64,000 nucleotides of DNA, taken from NCBI GenBank assembly GCA_037137395.1, contig JBAXKK010000002.1, positions 43,213-107,212 of the forward strand, read 5' to 3'. Positions 39,496 to 48,723 of the stretch are shown in pieces (the first letter of the stretch is position 1; each line of letters opens with the position of its first letter). A program made the position numbers and the translations under genes. This stretch comes from Elusimicrobiota bacterium. Its GTDB lineage: Bacteria > Elusimicrobiota > Elusimicrobia > Elusimicrobiales > UBA9959. The notes beneath the pieces are model-generated. The model was not told where the DNA came from, made no database searches, and saw nothing but the letters and a program-made list of their open reading frames with translations.

Positions 39496-40437
39496 ATGTC
39501 TTTTCTCAAATTAAGAAAGCCTCTTAACGGTCTTAAGGAACTCCGGGACTTTGATCCCGGCCTCTCCGATCTTGCCGCCCTGCTGATAGGCGCCAAGCCG
39601 GTGCTTTACACGGATTTCTCCGCCGCCGGTTGGCCCTATATAAAAGAACTGTGCGAAGCGCTGAAACTAAAGTACCTTATGCCTGAACCCGTTTACGGAA
39701 CGGCGGGCTTCAAAGCTGTACCGGATTCCGGAAAACGGATGCTGCTTATAGGTAAAAATCAGAAAACCCTGAAAGACGCCGCCAAAAGTTGGCATCGCTC
39801 CCCCACCGATCCGGCCTGGGGCCTCCTGCTCGGCTATCCGGAATGCTGCGTTAAGGCTTATATAGAATGGCGTTCGGTGGCGGACAAAACCGACCTTGTT
39901 AATTTCACCCTGAGCAGGACCCGGAAAAAAGAACGATATCACTTCGGCCTAAACAACATCTTTAATTATTTCTCGCGGCTGACAGGAAAGCCGGCCGACA
40001 TGGAAGGTTTCGCGCGCATAAGAGCAGCCAATAAAGACCTGGATATTTCAACTTTGCAGATAATCAGCTGGCACCCCTGCGCCTATGACTGCGGCCCCAG
40101 CGGGAAACTTGCCAAAGAGATCTTCTCATTCCTTCAACATTATCTGCCCGGGCGCGCGGCGGAACTAAAAAGCCGACTTGCAAAACCTGTTCTCTTCCGG
40201 GATAAATACGAGTACCTGCTTTTGGATGGTCTGGCAAAGGGCGCTGAAGTCCGCTACCGAGGCATAACCAAACCCGAAGGCCTGCTGCCTAAAGAACTAA
40301 CGCGCAAGATAGCGGCCGGAAATTCACTTCGCGCGGAAAAAGGCCGCGTCACGGTATTTAAAGGTTCCAAACCTCTTTACGAAATAGTCTCAGACAGGCC
40401 TTTTTCGCTGTTAAACTTTACGGTTTCACAACGATAA
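39496..40437 (+). CDS. Uncharacterised protein, DUF483-like
   Basis: GLLLGYPECC and WHPCAYDC Cys motifs. Confidence 0.6.
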   Translation: MSFLKLRKPLNGLKELRDFDPGLSDLAALLIGAKPVLYTDFSAAGWPYIKELCEALKLKYLMPEPVYGTAGFKAVPDSGKRMLLIGKNQKTLKDAAKSWHRSPTDPAWGLLLGYPECCVKAYIEWRSVADKTDLVNFTLSRTRKKERYHFGLNNIFNYFSRLTGKPADMEGFARIRAANKDLDISTLQIISWHPCAYDCGPSGKLAKEIFSFLQHYLPGRAAELKSRLAKPVLFRDKYEYLLLDGLAKGAEVRYRGITKPEGLLPKELTRKIAAGNSLRAEKGRVTVFKGSKPLYEIVSDRPFSLLNFTVSQR

Positions 40438-40467
40438 TGCTAAAAATTATAGAATCTATTGTAATCC

Positions 40468-40559
40468 GGGCTGTTTGATGAGCATAGCTCTTGATACGGC
40501 ACCGGCATAGCCTGGGCCGTTTGATGAGCATAGCTCTTGATACGGCACCGGCATAGCCT
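40468..40559 (+). repeat. Two tandem 46-bp direct repeats in the operon leader
   Basis: GGGC(T/C)GTTTGATGAGCATAGCTCTTGATACGGCACCGGCATAGCCT x2 with one mismatch. Confidence 0.9.
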
Positions 40560-40569
40560 GGAGAAAAAT

Positions 40570-43017
40570 ATGTCAGAAAAAATAAATTTCCTGTCAGACG
40601 CTCAGCTTAAATCGGAGGCAGAGCGCTGTCTCTATTGCGAAGAAAAACCATGCAAGGCAGCCTGTCCCGCGGATTGCTCCCCGGCCGACTTCATAATGGC
40701 GGTACGTCAAATGGAAAAATCAGACTTCAAGAGGGCTGCCAAGCTGATAATGGGTCACAATACTTTCGGCGGGGTCTGCGGAGCCGTCTGCCCCGACTGG
40801 TTCTGCGTGAAAGCCTGCTCTAGAAAACTTTTCGACAATCCGATCAATATTCCCGCCGTCCAAGCCGCAATTGTGCAGAAGGCTAAAAAAATGGGAGTGA
40901 TGCCAAAGTTTAAGAAGGCCGGTTCCACCGGTAAAAAGGTCGCCGTAATAGGCGCGGGACCGGCGGGCTTCGCCGCGGCCGCGACCCTCGCCCAGCTGGG
41001 CTATAAAGTGGATGTTTTCGAGAAGGATAAAAAGGCGGGCGGCGCCTGCAATCTGATACCGGACGCTCGCTTCCCCAAGGAAGTCCTACGCACTGAAATA
41101 GAATTTGTAAAAACTCTGGGCGATATCCGTGTTAAAACAGGTGCGGCCGTCAAAAACCCCGCTTCCCTGCTTAAGAAGTATGACGCGATTATAGTCACCG
41201 CAGGGGTGGAAAAGCAGATAAAACTGAACATCGAGAACGAAAACCTCGGTGTGGAAGGCCTGGAATACCTTCGCAACACCTCCAAATACAAAGTAAAGGG
41301 CAAAAATGTGGGCGTAATAGGCGGCGGCGCCGTAGCAGCCGACTGCGCCATGAAGGCGCTGGAACTGGGCGCGGCCAAGGCGGAGATTTTCACCCGCAAG
41401 AATATAGGCGATATACAGCTGCCGGAACGGGAATTGCGCGACATACTCAAGGCAGGGATCAACATAAACGCCAAGAGCCGCCTCACGGGGATACTAAAAG
41501 CCGGGAAAGGAATAAGAGTTGTGCGCCTCGACAACAAGGCTAAAGATATCCCGGGCACTGAACAGGCACGCGCGGATATAAACTTTGTTGTGCTAGCCAT
41601 AAAAAACACACCTGTCTTTGACGACCAAAAGCAGAAGGGAGTGTTTCTCGCCGGCGACTGCCGCAATGGGGCCGCGACCGTGGTGGAGGGCGTCGCTTCC
41701 GGCAAGAACGCCGCCATGGAAGCCCATACTTTTATGCAAGGCAAGAAACCCCCATCTATTCCCAACAACCTTAAAAGCGTTACTATTCTTAAGGGCAGAG
41801 ATATGCTGCCGGTTGATCTGACCACGGACTTTTTCGGCCGCAAGATCCGTTCCCCCTTCATCATCTCAGCCTCTCCCCATTCCGACGGCTACGACCAGGT
41901 GAAGCTGGCCTACGAGGCAGGTTGGCCCGGCGTGGTGATGAAAACCGCCTTCGACGGCCTGGATATACATATTCCTGCGGAGTACATGGTCACGTTCAGC
42001 GATTCAACTTACGGTAATTCCGACAATGTTTCAGGCCACGCGCTTGACCGCGTGTGCCGGGAAGTGGCGAAACTCGTAAAAGAATATCCGGATCGCCTGA
42101 CTGCGGCTTCCACAGGCGGACCTGTTACCGGCAACGACGAAGCTGACCGCAAGGTCTGGCAGTCCAACACGTTAAAGCTTGAGCGCGCCGGCGCTATGGC
42201 TGTTGAATATTCTTTATCCTGCCCGCAGGGCGGAGACGGAACAAAAGGCGACATCGTCTCCCAGGACCCGGAATTGGCTGCCAAGATTATCGGCTGGGTT
42301 ATGGAAGTCTCAGACCCGGAAGTTCCAAAATTATTTAAACTGACCGGAGCCGTAACCGCCATCTACCAGATAGTGGACGCCATACGCAAAGTCTACGATA
42401 AATATCCGCACAAGAAGGCCGGCATCACGCTGGCCAACTCCTTCCCGGCGCTCGCTTTCCGAAAAGGCGTCGGCACATGGGACGAAGGAATGATAGTGGG
42501 GATGAGCGGCGATGGCGTAACGCCCATCAGCAATCTGACTATTTCCAAGGCTTCAAAGCTCAATGTTCCGATTTCCGGTAACGGCGGGCCCATGGATTAC
42601 AAAGCCGCGGCCCACTTTCTGGCCCTGGGCGCCAGGTCAGTGCAGTTCTGCACTATCGTGATGAAGTACGGCTTTGGGATAATTGATGAACTGAACTGGG
42701 GCCTCAGCCACCTGCTTGAGGAAAAGGGCCTTAAATCTGTGGACGAGCTTATCGGCATAGCGCTGCCAAAACCCGTCACGGACTTTATGGATCTGTCTCC
42801 GGTAAAGGGCATTCCGGAGTCCGACGGAGAGCTCTGCATGCACTGCGGAAATTGTCTCCGCTGCGGCTACCTGGCAATAAGCCTCGACGGCAAGAAGGTC
42901 CCCAAGGCTGACGCCTCAAAATGCGTAGGGTGTTCCCTTTGCGTTAAAAAGTGCTTCGCCGGCGCGCTGAAGATGCGAAAGCGCACCCCGGCCGAACAGG
43001 CGCGGACGCCTGAATAA
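40570..43017 (+). CDS. Fused dihydropyrimidine-dehydrogenase-like oxidoreductase (GltD/PreT-like, DHOD/PreA-like, 2x[4Fe-4S])
   Basis: RCLYC..PC..ACP, CGAVCP...C...C, GAGPAG, GGGAVAAD, FLAGD, LSCP, KLT, VQFCT, CMHCGNC and CVGCSLC. Confidence 0.85.
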   Translation: MSEKINFLSDAQLKSEAERCLYCEEKPCKAACPADCSPADFIMAVRQMEKSDFKRAAKLIMGHNTFGGVCGAVCPDWFCVKACSRKLFDNPINIPAVQAAIVQKAKKMGVMPKFKKAGSTGKKVAVIGAGPAGFAAAATLAQLGYKVDVFEKDKKAGGACNLIPDARFPKEVLRTEIEFVKTLGDIRVKTGAAVKNPASLLKKYDAIIVTAGVEKQIKLNIENENLGVEGLEYLRNTSKYKVKGKNVGVIGGGAVAADCAMKALELGAAKAEIFTRKNIGDIQLPERELRDILKAGININAKSRLTGILKAGKGIRVVRLDNKAKDIPGTEQARADINFVVLAIKNTPVFDDQKQKGVFLAGDCRNGAATVVEGVASGKNAAMEAHTFMQGKKPPSIPNNLKSVTILKGRDMLPVDLTTDFFGRKIRSPFIISASPHSDGYDQVKLAYEAGWPGVVMKTAFDGLDIHIPAEYMVTFSDSTYGNSDNVSGHALDRVCREVAKLVKEYPDRLTAASTGGPVTGNDEADRKVWQSNTLKLERAGAMAVEYSLSCPQGGDGTKGDIVSQDPELAAKIIGWVMEVSDPEVPKLFKLTGAVTAIYQIVDAIRKVYDKYPHKKAGITLANSFPALAFRKGVGTWDEGMIVGMSGDGVTPISNLTISKASKLNVPISGNGGPMDYKAAAHFLALGARSVQFCTIVMKYGFGIIDELNWGLSHLLEEKGLKSVDELIGIALPKPVTDFMDLSPVKGIPESDGELCMHCGNCLRCGYLAISLDGKKVPKADASKCVGCSLCVKKCFAGALKMRKRTPAEQARTPE

Positions 43018-43054
43018 TGAAAAGGACCAATCCTCTTATCTGTAAGGATTTATT

Positions 43055-44380
43055 ATGAAAAAAAATATCCTGATTAAAAATGCGACAATAGCCACGCTGG
43101 GCGCGACCAACAGGCTGCTTAAAAACCACGCCATCCTGGTGGAAGACGGCCTGATAAAAAAAATAGCCCCGCAGAAGTCTTTTAAAGGAAAATACTCGAA
43201 AGTTATAGACGGCGCCGGCAAGCTGGCCATGCCGGGTTTTATCAACGCCCACATGCACTTCTATAGCACCTTCGCCAGAGGGCTCGGCAAGGCCGCTCCT
43301 TCCAGGAACTTCACCGAGATACTTGAGAATCTCTGGTGGCGCCTGGACAAGAAACTTACCAATGCCGATTCATATTATAGCGCGGTCATCCCGCTCATGG
43401 ACGCCGTGAGGAAAGGCACTACCACGCTGATAGATCATCACGCCAGCCCTTTCGCGGTAAAAGGCTCGCTTAAAGCCATAGAAAAAGCCGTAAGGGAAAC
43501 CGGCCTGAGAGCCTCGCTCTGCTACGAGCTTTCCGACCGGGACGGCAAGGATATCGCGCAGGCGGGGCTTGAAGAGAACACTGAATTCATAAAATACGCC
43601 GCCTCTCTAGACGACAACACCATTAAGGCGATGTTCGGCCTGCATGCTTCCTTTACCGTGACCGACGCCACGCTTGAAGAAGCCGCCTATCGCGGCCACA
43701 CTTTAAAAGCCGGCTTCCATATCCACACGGCCGAGTCTCAGGCCGACCAGCTCTACGCAGAAGCGCATTACAAGATGCGGGTGGTTGAACGTCTGGAGGG
43801 TTTCGGCATCCTGGGCCCCAAGTCAATCGCCGCACATTGCGTACACATAAACGAAAAAGAAATGGAGATCCTGGCCCGCACGCATACCGCGGTGGTCCAC
43901 AATCCCCAGTCCAACGCCAACAACGCGGTAGGCATCGCGGATATAGTCGCCATGGCGGGGAAGGGCGTGCTGGTAGGGCTGGGAACAGACGCGATGACGG
44001 TCAACATGCTGGAAGAGGTCCGCGCGGCGGTGTGGCTGCAGCACCTGAAACGCGACCCCTCGCAGGGGTTTGCGGAATCCGTGTCAGCACTGCTCATGAA
44101 CAACACAGAAATAGCAAACCGGCAGTTCAAGGATGTGGGAATACTTAAAGAAGGATACTGCGCGGACATCATACTGCTGGACTACTACCCGCCAACCCCG
44201 CTTGAAGCTGATAATTTCTACGGCCATTTGGTGTTCGGCCTTTCCCAAAGCGCCGTGGACACCACCATAGCCGCGGGTCGCGTTCTGATGGAGAATAAAA
44301 AGCTCAAGCTGGACATAGACGAAGAAGAAGTTTCAAGAAAATCGGCGGAGCTGGCCAAAAAACTCTGGAGCAGGTTTTAG
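43055..44380 (+). CDS. ssnA: Aminohydrolase SsnA
   Basis: NAHMHFYSTFARG, LENLWWRLD, IDHHASP, CYELSDRDG, FGLHASFT and HNPQSNANNAVG. Confidence 0.88.
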   Translation: MKKNILIKNATIATLGATNRLLKNHAILVEDGLIKKIAPQKSFKGKYSKVIDGAGKLAMPGFINAHMHFYSTFARGLGKAAPSRNFTEILENLWWRLDKKLTNADSYYSAVIPLMDAVRKGTTTLIDHHASPFAVKGSLKAIEKAVRETGLRASLCYELSDRDGKDIAQAGLEENTEFIKYAASLDDNTIKAMFGLHASFTVTDATLEEAAYRGHTLKAGFHIHTAESQADQLYAEAHYKMRVVERLEGFGILGPKSIAAHCVHINEKEMEILARTHTAVVHNPQSNANNAVGIADIVAMAGKGVLVGLGTDAMTVNMLEEVRAAVWLQHLKRDPSQGFAESVSALLMNNTEIANRQFKDVGILKEGYCADIILLDYYPPTPLEADNFYGHLVFGLSQSAVDTTIAAGRVLMENKKLKLDIDEEEVSRKSAELAKKLWSRF

Positions 44381-44418
44381 CTCTAATTACCACGCCCCCC
44401 GGCCCGAAACCTTTTCGC

Positions 44419-45423
44419 CTAAAATGTCTGGGTAACTTTGTTCAGACCTTTGGGATTGTCGGGGTTCAGGCCTTTTGCGATGGCCAGGTGCAGGGCTATG
44501 AGTTTTATTTCTATGTCGGCCAACAGGCAGTTAAAAGGAAAATTTCCCTTCGACGGCGCTATAACATGGTAAGGTGTATTTCTGTCGTTTAACGCCATCC
44601 TCACCTTCTCAACATCGTCCGGCAGCTCTCTGGAGGGGCTGAGGAGAAACACAAAATCTTTTGAAGTATAGGCGCCGACCGGCCCATGCAGGAACTCAGC
44701 TGCAGAATAGCCTAAGGCGTGCGCCTTGGCCATTTCCCTGAACTTCAGAGCTGAATCGTCAGCCACGGCGTTATACGGCCCGCGCCCGACGAAGCCTATC
44801 ACTCCGGCTTTTCTGAGCTTTGGCCAGAAGTTCTCTGCCGACGGATCAAAACCAGAGGCTAGGAACTCCCGGATGAGCGAGATTGTGCCGCTGAAATCTC
44901 TGGCTTTGAAACAGCCGGTCCAAAGTTGCGCCGTCCACAAAACAACCCAGAGCTGCAGAATAAAACTCTTTGTAGCCGCCACGGGAACCTCTTTCGAGCT
45001 TGAAAGAAGAATATGGGTATCGGCCAGCCGGGCAAGCGGGTTAGCCTTCAGGTCAGCCTCGTTGGTAACAGCCACACCTTTCGCCCCCCAGGTTATCAGT
45101 TTTTTAAGGACCGCGATTATATCCGAACTTTTGCCGGACTGCGAAAAAGCCCACACTGCCTGATTGCTGAAATGCAGGGGAACTTTCGCCTCAAAGATGG
45201 AATGCGGGTGGATGAAATTAGTGATTACGCCTGAATATCCCTCCCAGATATACTTGGCGAAAAGGGTGGCGTTGCCGGAAGACCCGCGGCCCGCCAAATA
45301 TACAACCTTGTCTTTAGACCTTAAGACGGCAGCCTGAAGTCCGGGCGCACGCCTGGAAAAATCCTCCAGCAGGGCCGGAATTTCCATTATATCTTTATAG
45401 GTCAGCGTATCCTGATATTTCAT
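44419..45423 (-). CDS. Double SIS-domain protein (GlmS C-terminal-like)
   Basis: AGRGSSGNA, SQSGKS, VAATKSF, LKFRE, AEFLHGP and NPDNP.GLNKVT. Confidence 0.85.
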   Translation of the reverse strand: MKYQDTLTYKDIMEIPALLEDFSRRAPGLQAAVLRSKDKVVYLAGRGSSGNATLFAKYIWEGYSGVITNFIHPHSIFEAKVPLHFSNQAVWAFSQSGKSSDIIAVLKKLITWGAKGVAVTNEADLKANPLARLADTHILLSSSKEVPVAATKSFILQLWVVLWTAQLWTGCFKARDFSGTISLIREFLASGFDPSAENFWPKLRKAGVIGFVGRGPYNAVADDSALKFREMAKAHALGYSAAEFLHGPVGAYTSKDFVFLLSPSRELPDDVEKVRMALNDRNTPYHVIAPSKGNFPFNCLLADIEIKLIALHLAIAKGLNPDNPKGLNKVTQTF

Positions 45424-46265
45424 TCGCCTGTCACCTTGCGCTTCATTTCCCTCAGCGCTCGCATATTATCTTCGATGTCCTTTAGATCCATTCCCGTGCG
45501 GCCGTAATGGGCGTGCTCTATAGGGGAATCCGGGCAGATGTAGGTGCCGCGCCGCACCCCCTTGGAATCCTTCTCAAGCCCCAGCCAGATAAGCCAGGGG
45601 TAAAGATCCTTAAAATCTTTCACTATCAATTCGGCGCCGCTGCGCGCCAGAAGATTCTGATCTCCGAAACCGTCCATAACGGCGGCGGAATGGTAGCCCG
45701 CGTCTTTGGCAGCAAAAACATCCAGATGCGTGTCGCCTATCACATAAACATCGGCCGGCCTTATCTTGGCACGCAGCAGCTTTTCCGCCCGCTCTACGGC
45801 TTTCACAAGGACCCGACTCCTGATATGAGAATCGCAGCCGTACCCGCCGAAGGCGAAGTACTTCTTTAAACCGGAGGGTTCAAGCTTTATAAACGCTCCC
45901 TCGCGCAGGTTGCCGGTCCCAAGGCCCACCATAACGTCCTTACGCTTAGAAAGCAGCACCAACAGCTTTTCCACACCGTTTAGCTTGGAATAATTTTTAG
46001 ATTTTATAGACTGCTTCACTTCCGCAGGCAGGAAACCGAGATATTTAAGTTCCAGGTCCCGAAATTGTTTGGCGGTAGGCTTTTTACCGCAAGCATGTTT
46101 AAAGGCCGTGGTGAAATTTTCCTTATCAGTAGCGCCCTGCAGCGAAAACTTGTCGCAGATATTATCCGCGCCGCACATTTCCTTTACCGCTTTATTGAGA
46201 CCTCTGGCCCCGGCTCCGCCGGCCTTTATAAGCGTGCCGTCAATGTCAAAAAGAACTATTTTCAT
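45420..46265 (-). CDS. HAD-family hydrolase
   Basis: LFDIDGTL, TGN and IGDT..D. Confidence 0.88.
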   Translation of the reverse strand: MKIVLFDIDGTLIKAGGAGARGLNKAVKEMCGADNICDKFSLQGATDKENFTTAFKHACGKKPTAKQFRDLELKYLGFLPAEVKQSIKSKNYSKLNGVEKLLVLLSKRKDVMVGLGTGNLREGAFIKLEPSGLKKYFAFGGYGCDSHIRSRVLVKAVERAEKLLRAKIRPADVYVIGDTHLDVFAAKDAGYHSAAVMDGFGDQNLLARSGAELIVKDFKDLYPWLIWLGLEKDSKGVRRGTYICPDSPIEHAHYGRTGMDLKDIEDNMRALREMKRKVTGE

Positions 46266-47499
46266 AAGCAATGCTTCCTTTTTTTATAGTCATCTTATTC
46301 AAATTCGCTCCAAAATAATAGCATAACTCACGGTAATCCGAAGCGTCAAAGACTGCGATGTCGGCCTGTTTGCCGGATTCTATTGACCCCAGACGGTTCC
46401 CGGCCTTCAGGGCGCAGGCCCCATTGATCGTAGCGGCGCAAAGCGCCTGCTCCGGAGTCATTTGCATATGGGTGCAGGCCGCGGAAAGCACCATCTGCAT
46501 GTTCCAGCAGGGAGAGGTGCCGGGATTAAAATCAGTGGCCAGAGCCACCGGCACGCCTTCAGATATAAAAGTTCTCGCGTCCGGATATTTTGAAAGCCCC
46601 AGAAAAAAATTGGAAGCAGGCAGCAGCGTGGCGACAGCTCCGGCGCGGCGCATAGCCCGCATATCCTTCTTTCGCGCATAGTCAACGTGATCCGCACTTA
46701 CGACCCCCGCCTTTGCTCCTGCGATGGCGCCGCCGGAATTAGAGAGCTGTTCGGCGTGGATCTTGGGGATAAGACCGGCGGCCTTGCAGGCGTTAAGATA
46801 CTTCAGGCTTTCTTCAGGTGTGAAATATCCTTTTTCGCAAAACATGTCGGCAAAAATCGCCAGCTTATTTAAAACAACCTCCGGAACTATTTCAGCGAGC
46901 ACATACCGCAAATATTTTCCCGAATCTCCGAATTCCGGCGGCACCGCGTGCGCGGACATTAGAGTCGGCAGCATCTCCAAGGGTGTGCGGGCGCAAGCGG
47001 CTTTTACAGCCTTAAGGGTTTTGAGCTCCGAAGCTTTATTCAGGCCGTAACCTGTCTTCACTTCTATCGTGCCTGTGCCGCATTCGAGAAACCGCGATGC
47101 GCGCTCCACCAGTTGCGAAACCATCTTTGCAGGAGACTGATTACGCACGGCCCGAACGCTTGAGAGTATCCCCCCGCCCCGCGCCTTTATCTCGGAGTAG
47201 GTAGAGCCCTGAGTGCGCAGCGAAAAATCCCGCAGCCGCGGTTCGGCGAAAACGGCGTGAGTGTGGCTGTCCACGAAGGCTGGCAGGGCCACGCCTCCAA
47301 CTTTTCTGGCGCGGGCCTTGTTTGCAAGCGGATGGCGCATAACCTCTTTTTCCGTACCGGCGGACCTGATAAGCCCGTTCTCGATGAGAATAGCGCCGTT
47401 CCGGACGAGACCGATAGCGCACTGTTCTCTGCCTGAACGCGGCGCGGCGGCACCCTTGAAGGTTAGAAGCTGTTTGAAACCGGTGAGGAGTAATGCCAT
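46246..47499 (-). CDS. hutI: Imidazolonepropionase
   Basis: DSHTHAVF, EVKTGYGL, AHAVP, DMFCE, HAEQL and ATDFNPG. Confidence 0.93.
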   Translation of the reverse strand: MALLLTGFKQLLTFKGAAAPRSGREQCAIGLVRNGAILIENGLIRSAGTEKEVMRHPLANKARARKVGGVALPAFVDSHTHAVFAEPRLRDFSLRTQGSTYSEIKARGGGILSSVRAVRNQSPAKMVSQLVERASRFLECGTGTIEVKTGYGLNKASELKTLKAVKAACARTPLEMLPTLMSAHAVPPEFGDSGKYLRYVLAEIVPEVVLNKLAIFADMFCEKGYFTPEESLKYLNACKAAGLIPKIHAEQLSNSGGAIAGAKAGVVSADHVDYARKKDMRAMRRAGAVATLLPASNFFLGLSKYPDARTFISEGVPVALATDFNPGTSPCWNMQMVLSAACTHMQMTPEQALCAATINGACALKAGNRLGSIESGKQADIAVFDASDYRELCYYFGANLNKMTIKKGSIAYENSSF

Positions 47500-47505
47500 A
47501 TAAAA

Positions 47506-47606
47506 AGTGGTTAGTGACTAGTGGCGAGTGTCAGTATTTGCAATCCAAATGTGAAGATAGCTGTCATGAAGAATACCCGAACCGACCGCTGTCCACTATA
47601 ACGCTT
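47506..47606. repeat. Inverted heptamer arrays, AGTGRYT family
   Basis: agtggtt agtgact agtggcg agtgtc agt, with a degenerate reverse arm. Confidence 0.6.
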
Positions 47607-48103
47607 TATCTGAAGTTATCGAACTGCAGGGCTATGCCGAAGTCCTGTCCGCGCAGAATGGCCATCACATTCTGCAGCTCATCCTTGGACTTGGATGTTA
47701 CGCGCAGCGTGTCGCCCTGTATTGAGATGTTAGCTTTTAATTTCTGTTCCTTCATGGCCTTAACTATTTCTTTCGCCTTGTCCTGCGGTATGCCCTGCTG
47801 TATCTTAACCGCCTGCTTGGCCGTCCCGCCAAGAGCGCTCTCTACTTTCTGCGGCTCGAAGTTTTTTAGCGGCAGGCCACGCTTTGAAAGCTTGGTGAGC
47901 AGCACATCATAAAGCGCTTTTACTTTATAATCGTCGCACGACTGCAGCATTATGCTGTTGTTTTTTTTATCGAAGTTGATCTCCGACTTGGAATCTTTGA
48001 AGTCGTATCTGTTTATCACTTCCTTCATCGCGATCGCGATAGCCTCATCCACCACGGTGTACTCCACCTTTGAAACCACATCAAAACTGAATTCAGAAGC
48101 CAT
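47606..48103 (-). CDS. yajQ: YajQ family nucleotide-binding protein
   Basis: SFDVVS, RYDFK, IQGD.LRVT.K.KDELQ and LQFDNFR. Confidence 0.93.
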   Translation of the reverse strand: MASEFSFDVVSKVEYTVVDEAIAIAMKEVINRYDFKDSKSEINFDKKNNSIMLQSCDDYKVKALYDVLLTKLSKRGLPLKNFEPQKVESALGGTAKQAVKIQQGIPQDKAKEIVKAMKEQKLKANISIQGDTLRVTSKSKDELQNVMAILRGQDFGIALQFDNFR

Positions 48104-48117
48104 TATTTTTCTCCTTT

Positions 48118-48723
48118 TTATTTCTCAAGTTTTCTCTTTATCGATCGGGCCATGTCTGACAGCGCCTTGCTGACAGATTCCGCACTGTAATCTTTTTCGG
48201 AAGAGCAGCTAAGCAACACCCGCCCTGTGTTCACATCCACGAATTTAACAGTAAGCCCGCTGAAAATAGTGTTGGACTCCACTCTTATTTCGCCCGGAAC
48301 CTGCCTGCCGCCCGTTTGAGGGCGGCGGCTCGCCTTGAAAGACCCGCGTGGCAATTTTACGCGCGGCGTTACCGTACGGATATTTTCCTGGCGCACGCGG
48401 TACGACCCCGTAACTACAGCGCTTACCCCGGCCAGCTTTCCCACCTGCGCGATAGCCTCCGGAGCCATGGCCCCGGAAAGAGAAACTTTTTGTTCTTTAA
48501 GCACATTCTCCAGCTGCGCCCGCTCTGTTACTTCAAAACCGGCGTCCATCAGATAGGTGGTAAAAACTTCCGCCAGCGAGAGCCCGGTTTCTTCGTCCTT
48601 ACCGCTGAACGGCATTACAGCCACGCGCCCTGACGCATCAAAATCCCCACGGATAACGGTCTTGACGCCGGCACCGCAGCCGGAAAAAAAGACTGCGGTT
48701 AAAACCAGCATAAAAACCTTCAT
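48118..48723 (-). CDS. CsgG/HfaB-like lipoprotein
   Basis: Lipobox [25 protein letters not shown] and [12 protein letters not shown]. Confidence 0.75.
   Translation of the reverse strand: MKVFMLVLTAVFFSGCGAGVKTVIRGDFDASGRVAVMPFSGKDEETGLSLAEVFTTYLMDAGFEVTERAQLENVLKEQKVSLSGAMAPEAIAQVGKLAGVSAVVTGSYRVRQENIRTVTPRVKLPRGSFKASRRPQTGGRQVPGEIRVESNTIFSGLTVKFVDVNTGRVLLSCSSEKDYSAESVSKALSDMARSIKRKLEK

Noticed and set aside
40468..40559. CRISPR array or hammerhead ribozyme
   Set aside because: The two repeats abut with no spacer and no cas genes are present. UGAUGAG is present, but the CUGAUGA/GAAA hammerhead core is incomplete.
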